From: an uncultured Planctomycetales bacterium
Lineage (GTDB): Bacteria > Planctomycetota > Planctomycetia > Pirellulales > S012-138
DNA: 64,000 bases
Direction: 5' to 3'
Assembly (NCBI GenBank): GCA_937927735.1
Contig: CALBRZ010000133.1
Coordinates: forward strand, 71,903 to 135,902
In this document: piece by piece, positions 57,191 to 64,000 of the stretch
Layout: each line of letters starts with the position of its first letter
Numbering within the stretch: position 1 is the first letter of the stretch
The notes under the pieces: model-generated
The model's input: the letters and a program-made list of their open reading frames with translations, nothing else
What the model was told of the DNA's origin: nothing
Database searches by the model: none
Position numbers and translations under genes: made by a program

Positions 57191-58684
57191 TTAGTAGACC
57201 TTCAGCGACCGACGCTGGGCGGAGCGGTCAGTTGCCTTGGCGCTGGACCAGTCGTCGCCACCTTCTTCGCCCAAGGCCGGCGGCATCGGCAGCACGTCCT
57301 GCGATTCGTCCAGCGGGATGGCGTTGCCTTGTTCGGTCCAGCCGACCCAACCGCGATCATACTCGCCGTTGAGGTAGCGGCCTTCGATACGGCGCTGGCC
57401 GTTGGCATACCACCAGGTCCAGGTGCCATGCGGCTTGCCCGCGTGATAGTTGCCGCGAGTGCTGCGTTGGCCGTTGGGATACCACCAGGTGTGCACGCCG
57501 ATGGCGTCGCCCTCGTGGAACTCGCCTTCGTATTGCTTCTGACCGGCGGGATAGTAGTAGTAGGTCCAGATCCCGGTCCGCAGGCTTTCGCCCTCGGTGA
57601 CGGCGACATCGATCAACAGTTCGCCGGCCCACCAGTCGTAACCAAGACGGTGTTCCTCCACCGGGTTCACGTGCCAGCCTTCGACCAGCAGGTTGCCGGT
57701 GCGATCGTACTTCGTCACCCGCGTGAAGCTACGTCCTTCTTCATACCGCTTTTGGCTGACGATGGTGCCGTTGGGCCGCCACTCGGTGAAGTCGCCGTGC
57801 GGCACGCCGCGCACGTAATTGGCGATGCGCATCTTCTGCCCGTTGGCGAACCACCACGTGGCCGGACCGTGCAGTTGGCCGTTTTCGAAGTTCCAGGTTG
57901 CGACGGGTCGGCCGCGGGCATCGACGATCGTCCACGGACCGTGCAGTTGGCCATCGACAAAGTTGATGACCGACGTCACCGGCCGTTCAAAGCCCTGGAG
58001 CCACGGCTGCTGCAGCAGGCTATCGCGCGGTACGAAGTAACGGCGCACCCACTGACCGTCTTGCCGACCAAAGTGGTACTTACCCTGGGCGACGATGTTG
58101 CCCTGGCGATCCCACATCGTCCACGGGCCATGGTTCAGGTAGTTGCGGTTTTCGTCCTGGGTGACATGGCGCTCGATGCGGATCTTGCCGTCGGGATAAC
58201 GCTCGCGAATGATCTCGGTCTGCCGGCCCAGTGGCTCCAAAGGCTCGGCACTGTTGCCATCGACCAGGGTGTCGATGCCTTCGGGCACCGAGGTGGCTTC
58301 ATAAGCGGGAATCTGCCGAGGCAGTTCCCGGCTGACGCTGTTGGGCAGCGCGTCGTCCACGCGCGAAGCTTGCGGCAGCCGGTCGATCTTCGGCGCGCGC
58401 TTGGGGAGCGACGTCGGGAGCCGACCGGGTACATCGGCCGGCCCTTGGGTCGAAGGCGCCGGCACCGGATTGTCGTCCGCCACCGGCACCGGACGGGCAT
58501 GGTCCTCAACAGTCGTGGGGGTTGGCGCGCTATGGCCCCGGCGCGACGATTTGATCGGCTGCAGCGGTGAATGCTCCGGCGCAGGCTCGATCAGCTCGAT
58601 CGGAGGCACTGGCGGTTCGTCAGCCCAAGCTGCCAGCGGCAACAGCCCAAGACAGGCCAGCGTCGGCAGAAACGTGCGGGTCAT
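57191..58684 (-). CDS. Exported MORN-repeat-variant (YwqK-like) protein
   Basis: ATG at 58684 with GGAG upstream. The signal peptide is MTRTFLPTLACLGLLPLAAWADEP. There are many repeats of the form G.W..W..NGQ....G.Y..G..HG. Confidence 0.8.
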   Translation of the reverse strand: MTRTFLPTLACLGLLPLAAWADEPPVPPIELIEPAPEHSPLQPIKSSRRGHSAPTPTTVEDHARPVPVADDNPVPAPSTQGPADVPGRLPTSLPKRAPKIDRLPQASRVDDALPNSVSRELPRQIPAYEATSVPEGIDTLVDGNSAEPLEPLGRQTEIIRERYPDGKIRIERHVTQDENRNYLNHGPWTMWDRQGNIVAQGKYHFGRQDGQWVRRYFVPRDSLLQQPWLQGFERPVTSVINFVDGQLHGPWTIVDARGRPVATWNFENGQLHGPATWWFANGQKMRIANYVRGVPHGDFTEWRPNGTIVSQKRYEEGRSFTRVTKYDRTGNLLVEGWHVNPVEEHRLGYDWWAGELLIDVAVTEGESLRTGIWTYYYYPAGQKQYEGEFHEGDAIGVHTWWYPNGQRSTRGNYHAGKPHGTWTWWYANGQRRIEGRYLNGEYDRGWVGWTEQGNAIPLDESQDVLPMPPALGEEGGDDWSSAKATDRSAQRRSLKVY

Positions 58685-59180
58685 GGAATACTCCTGCGTT
58701 CGTGCACTTGGGCCAGAAAGGGAGAAATGCGTTCTAGGGCCCTGACGGTCCAGACGCTGTTGCCCCCCAGCCGGACGGTACTGATTGGTACGTTGTGCAC
58801 AATCGGCCACTTAGGACCGGCATTTCGAGAGAATCCCGACGGAACCGGACGACCGCTTCAGACCGCAAGGTTCGCCTAAAGTGTGCAGCCTTTCAGACTT
58901 GGAAAGCAGGGCAAGAAATTGCTTGCTTGGAGGGAGAGGGTGGCTAGAATACGCCCCTTAAGAGGTTTGCACCAAGGTGCTGTGCCAGCACCTGCACGTG
59001 GCCTCAGTCAGACATCTCACATCGCGCTGCCACGACGTGCGGCGTTTCTTCTGTCTGATCGCTCTGACGCTTTCCCCCCTTGCGCCTCTATCGCGCAAAC
59101 GGTGCGCGCCCACGCGTTAGGATTCCCCACCTTGTGGGCGGGCTTCTTGTTTCGGGCCTAGTGTTATTTGGAGAATTCGC

Positions 59181-59660
59181 ATGGCAGCTTATTTGTTGTC
59201 CGCGCTGATGCAGTCGACGCTGCTGGCCAACGGCGGCAGTGTCTCATACGCCGACGCCTACGCTGCGACGGCGGAAACCGGCAAACCCATGCTGGTGCTG
59301 ATCGGCGCAGACTGGTGCCCCCACTGCGTGGTGATGAAGAACCGCGTCATGCCGCAGTTGCTGCAACAGGGGGCACTGGCACAAGTCAGCTACGTGACGA
59401 TCAACAGCGACCAGCAGCCGACGCTCGCCCGGCAGTTGATGCAGGGCAGCTCCATCCCCCAAGTGGTGCTCTACTATCGCACCGCCCAGGGCTGGAAGCG
59501 GCATCACAACGTCGGCGCGATGTCGGCCGGCAGCGTCACGCAGCTCATTCAGCAAGCTGTCAGCGCAGTGGCCGCGAACCCGCCCAAGGCCATCAAGGCC
59601 CGCACGGTGAGCGATTCCAATACGGCCAAGGCCGTTGAAGAAACAACCGAACGCAAGTAA
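59181..59660 (+). CDS. Thioredoxin-fold protein
   Basis: The WCPHC active site sits in KPMLVLIGADWCPHCVVMK. GGAG lies 9 nt upstream of the ATG. Confidence 0.8.
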   Translation: MAAYLLSALMQSTLLANGGSVSYADAYAATAETGKPMLVLIGADWCPHCVVMKNRVMPQLLQQGALAQVSYVTINSDQQPTLARQLMQGSSIPQVVLYYRTAQGWKRHHNVGAMSAGSVTQLIQQAVSAVAANPPKAIKARTVSDSNTAKAVEETTERK

Positions 59661-59729
59661 CCGCTGTGTTCGCCTGAATCGAACTCCGCCGTCCCCCGTG
59701 GCCGCGGAGCCAGGCACACCAACAAAACG

Positions 59730-59768
59730 AAAGAGCCGGGCCGTAGATTTACGACCCGGCTCTTTTTT
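59730..59768. terminator. Bidirectional rho-independent terminator between the thioredoxin gene (+) and the ALDH-like gene (-)
   Basis: The stem aaagagccggg / cccggctcttt is followed by a T-run on the plus strand (tcttttttgt) and by a U-rich tail on the minus strand (ctctttcgttttg). Confidence 0.7.
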
Positions 59769-59843
59769 GTTGCTCTGATGGCGCTACTTCGACTTAAGCC
59801 GCGGCAGGGCAGGGGACCGCCCAGCGGCGTGCCAGGCCAACGA

Positions 59844-61298
59844 TTACTGCTTGAGCGCGGCCAGCTTGTCGTCGCTCAACTGGTAAGCCCGAGCCCGGAA
59901 CAAGAACTCGACGATGTTGCCTTCGTGCGGCTGGAGCCAGTCGAGCTTGATCGTGGGGATGGGGCCGATGTTGAGCCGGTCGATGTGAACGGCATCGGTC
60001 AGTTCCTGCTGGAACTTCGGATCGTTGGTGATCGCCGTGCAGACCAGCGTGGGACCGATCGACTCGATCATCTTGTCCTGCGGACATTCCACCACGGTCG
60101 AGAAGGGGAACATGTACTCCTTCTTGGCGATGGAGTTTTCGGGCGACTTGCAGTGCACGATCGTCGGCCGCAGGTACGCGCAGCGTTCCTTCTCCACCAG
60201 CCGCGGGCCGTACTTCTCGGTGACGTGGGTCACGCCTTCCTCTTGCAGGTCGGCCTCGATCATGTCCCACACCAGGGCGCCCATGTTGCGGCCATTGATC
60301 ACCGCCGTGAACGCGGCCAGTCCGGCGTTGGGATCCTCGGGCGGCAGCACGTCGATCGGACCGATCCGCTCGGCGATGGCTTCGGCAATCTCCTTGGTGT
60401 GCCGAGATGCCCAGATGCCCGAGCAGTTGATGCAGCCGCGGCCGCTGTTGCGGTAGATGCTCTCGACCATCACGTCGAGGTACTTTTCCCACTCGTCGAC
60501 ACAGTCGTCGCCCAGCAGGATCTTGCTGAAGCCGGGACCGTGGGCCTGCACGCGGGGATTGCCACGGTAGCGTTCCACGGTGGGCGTGCCGCCGAAGATC
60601 ATGCTGCGATCGACGTGCTCCAGCACCGCCGCGCCCACGTCGGCGCCGCCGGGGTAGATGGAGATCACTTCAGGCGGAATGCCGGCCTCGACAAAGGCCG
60701 CCGCCATACGGTACGGCGTCCACGGCTCTTGCGGGCCGGGCTTGAGCACCAAGCCAATCTGCATCGGGATCACCGGCAGCCAGAGCGTGTGCACGCCAGG
60801 ACTGTTCGACGGCAACACCAGGCCCAGCACCGGCGACTGCGCCTGATAGCTCACGACCACGCCGCGGCTCTCGATGCCGTAACCGCGGCTCAGGATCTTG
60901 AGATCGAGGCCGCGCGTCAGCGCGTCGAGCATCCGGTCCATATTGGTCAACACGAAGTGGTTCTTCTCCATGTTGAACCGGCACATGTGCTCAGGCAGAC
61001 CGGTCGAAGCACTCTGCGACCGCACAAAATCGTCCGGGCTTTGGGTGCCATTGCCCAGCGGCAGGGTGCCGTTGAGATACAAATCGGCCGCCTTCTTGAC
61101 CCGCTCGATGAGATTTTCGGGCGGAATCTGGCGGAGCAGATCGCGAGCCCGTTTGGCGTGCCGCATGTCGCGAGCGAGCATGCCGGGGTTGGCCTGGCCC
61201 ACTTCGGCGATCACTTCACCGGTATTGAAGTGGACGACCTGGTCTTTCTCGAGCGAGTCGTACGGCTTACCCCAGCGGAGCACGGGAAGCGAAAACAT
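59844..61298 (-). CDS. Aldehyde dehydrogenase-superfamily protein, probably a thioester or acyl reductase type
   Basis: ATG at 61298 (MFSLPVLRWGKPY) with GGAG 9 nt upstream. ALDH blocks: LVLKPGPQEPWTPYRMAAAFVEAGIPPEVISIYPGG, IFGGTPTVE, and the catalytic Cys in NSGRGCINCSG (about 60418..60453). HGPGFSK occupies the position where ELGGK is expected. Confidence 0.75.
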   Translation of the reverse strand: MFSLPVLRWGKPYDSLEKDQVVHFNTGEVIAEVGQANPGMLARDMRHAKRARDLLRQIPPENLIERVKKAADLYLNGTLPLGNGTQSPDDFVRSQSASTGLPEHMCRFNMEKNHFVLTNMDRMLDALTRGLDLKILSRGYGIESRGVVVSYQAQSPVLGLVLPSNSPGVHTLWLPVIPMQIGLVLKPGPQEPWTPYRMAAAFVEAGIPPEVISIYPGGADVGAAVLEHVDRSMIFGGTPTVERYRGNPRVQAHGPGFSKILLGDDCVDEWEKYLDVMVESIYRNSGRGCINCSGIWASRHTKEIAEAIAERIGPIDVLPPEDPNAGLAAFTAVINGRNMGALVWDMIEADLQEEGVTHVTEKYGPRLVEKERCAYLRPTIVHCKSPENSIAKKEYMFPFSTVVECPQDKMIESIGPTLVCTAITNDPKFQQELTDAVHIDRLNIGPIPTIKLDWLQPHEGNIVEFLFRARAYQLSDDKLAALKQ

Positions 61299-61548
61299 GA
61301 TCGGGAACTCCTGCGGCCCCAGCGGCCGGCACGTGGTGTTGCAAACTCGCGTCTCGCGGCGGCCGACTCCGAGTTGCAAATGAACGGAGACAAAAACGCA
61401 ATCGATCGATGAATCCAAGCAGCAGCCGGCGTGCCCAGCCGCCGACCGAAATACCGCACCTGGCCGACAGAGCCGCTCCGGCCTGGCGCGGCAACAGCAG
61501 ACCATGCACGCGGGTGTGGTTCACCCGCGCAGCCACCATGGACAGCAA

Positions 61549-61578
61549 GCCGGGAGGGGCGATGCGCACCCTCCCGGC
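61549..61578 (-). terminator. Hairpin (terminator or attenuator candidate) between the ligase-like and ALDH-like genes
   Basis: A perfect 10-bp stem (gccgggaggg / ccctcccggc) with a 10-nt loop starts about 24 nt beyond the ligase-like stop. The downstream U-content is weak. Confidence 0.35.
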
Positions 61579-61601
61579 CCTTGGTTGTGTCCAGACAGCG
61601 A

Positions 61602-62702
<1,101 letters not shown>

Positions 62703-63142
62703 GTTCTATTCAGCTCGCTTGTGGCAGGGGCCAAGGGGAACAGATCGATGCACAGCTTTGGCAGGACTGCCGGCCGTAAGCCGCGTCTGACGATAGACCC
62801 AAGTGGGGCAACAGGGCCCCCAGGATGATGGAGGGAAACTGAACATACCGCACCGCGCGGAGCAAAACAAGTGTTTGAATTCTTTTCGGCGCGGGGGGGG
62901 AACCGATGGATTCGGCTCGCATTTCAGCGGGTTATCGGCAAGCTATCGCCGGTGCTTGGAGCATCGCCGCTTGGCCATGTCACGCTTACGCAACCAGAAC
63001 GCGTCGGCTGACAATTTTGCTAGGCAAACCAGCCAAAGGTGGTAAACTCGCGGGCGACCGAACAAAATCGCTGGATTCACGCCACGGCCGCCCACCTTGC
63101 TGGCGGCAACGTTCTTGTGCGAAGCGTCTGGGAGTCGCCGGT

Positions 63143-64000
63143 ATGCCTCACGTTGTTCCTTCCACGGTCTCCCGCCGCGAGTTCTTGAAAGCTTCGGCGA
63201 CAGCCGCGACCGTTGCCGCAACCGGCAGCCTGCTACCCTCGGGCCTGACACACGTGGCGGCCTCCGAGAAGCCCACCGTGCCGCTGGGCAAAGCTGAATA
63301 CTGCATCTTTCTATGGCTGGGCGGCGGTGCTTGCCATATCGATACCTTCGATCCCAAGCGCAAGAGCACCGGCCGCAAGGATCCTGGCTCGTATTACGAC
63401 GCGATTGATACGGCCATCCCCGGCGAACAGGTGTGCGAGCATCTCAGCCGCACCGCGCCGATCCTCGATCGTGCGATCCTCGTCCGCAGCCTGCACCACA
63501 ACGTGATCGACGAACACGCCGCGGCCACCAACCGGCTGCACACCGGGCGGCCAACCTCCGGCACCATCGTCTACCCGTCGATCGGTTCGGTAGTCGCGTA
63601 CGAAAAGGGAGCCGCCGAGGATGGCGTGCCGGCGTACGTGGTGATGGGCTACCCGAACCTTACCCGCGGCCCCGGCTTTTTGGGCTCCAAGTACAGCTAT
63701 ATGTACTTGACCGATACCAACGCCGGCCCAGCCGGCTTGAAGCGTCCCGACTCCGTAACCGCCGACCGGCAACAGCGCCGCGAGCAGTTACTGGCCGGGC
63801 TACGCGATGGCTACCGGCAACGCAACGAAAACGACACCAAGATCGAAGCGTATGCCGACGTCAGCGAGCAGGCCTTGCGGCTCTCCGGCCCGCAATTCAT
63901 GAGCACCTTTAATCTGGACCAGGAACCGGCCGCGCTGCGCGAAGCCTACGGCAGCGAGTTTGGCCAGCGATGCCTGCTCGCCCGGCGGCTGATCGAACGC
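63143..64000 (+). CDS. DUF1501-family (sulfatase-fold) protein with a Tat signal. Partial: it continues past the window end and is not in the ORF track.
   Basis: The ATG at 63143 has GGAG 8 nt upstream. The N-terminus reads MPHVVPSTVSRREFLKASATAATVAATGSLL, followed by CIFLWLGGGACHIDTFDPK. The frame stays open to position 64000. Confidence 0.8.
   Translation, partial: MPHVVPSTVSRREFLKASATAATVAATGSLLPSGLTHVAASEKPTVPLGKAEYCIFLWLGGGACHIDTFDPKRKSTGRKDPGSYYDAIDTAIPGEQVCEHLSRTAPILDRAILVRSLHHNVIDEHAAATNRLHTGRPTSGTIVYPSIGSVVAYEKGAAEDGVPAYVVMGYPNLTRGPGFLGSKYSYMYLTDTNAGPAGLKRPDSVTADRQQRREQLLAGLRDGYRQRNENDTKIEAYADVSEQALRLSGPQFMSTFNLDQEPAALREAYGSEFGQRCLLARRLIER

Overview
This is a high-GC chromosomal segment. 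Its gene content looks planctomycetal, probably Pirellulales-like, though that is an inference. Supporting genes are a Tat-signal DUF1501 protein, an expanded SecDF fusion, a Rieske protein next to a cytochrome b / c-type cytochrome fusion, a MORN-variant exported protein, and RND efflux genes with no outer-membrane factor. Long 5' spacers are also common. I can support about 38 protein-coding genes. Three are absent from the ORF track: two run off the window edges and one is a 46-codon membrane peptide. Most genes are housekeeping: yajC-secDF, ribF, nrnA, the bc complex, rtcB, psd-pssA, ribE, rsmA, nadE, acs, tricorn protease and a cyclophilin. Reading both strands by eye, I found no rRNA, tRNA, CRISPR array, transposase, integrase or phage genes. 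Many long ORFs in the track are antisense shadows of real genes, as expected at this GC content. Several GC-rich hairpins with U-tracts are credible terminators, and two near-consensus sigma-70-type promoters are visible. None of the loci below is proven novel; each needs database and structure searches I cannot run. In my order of interest they are: (1) a two-gene module of an FHA-CpaF-GYF secretion-type ATPase plus one TadB-like platform protein, with no pilin, secretin or other Tad parts nearby; (2) two different flavin-dependent halogenases in tandem, one PrnA/RebH-like, with no carrier protein, NRPS/PKS or flavin reductase nearby, behind a promoter overlapped by a perfect 12-bp palindrome; (3) a PaaK-like adenylating enzyme paired with an ALDH-fold protein that keeps the catalytic Cys but apparently not the general-base Glu, which would fit a split carboxylate reductase; (4) an Nramp-fold transporter that lacks both canonical metal-binding motifs, carries a roughly 180-aa coiled-coil insertion, and sits 14 nt upstream of a Tat-exported asparaginase-family hydrolase.
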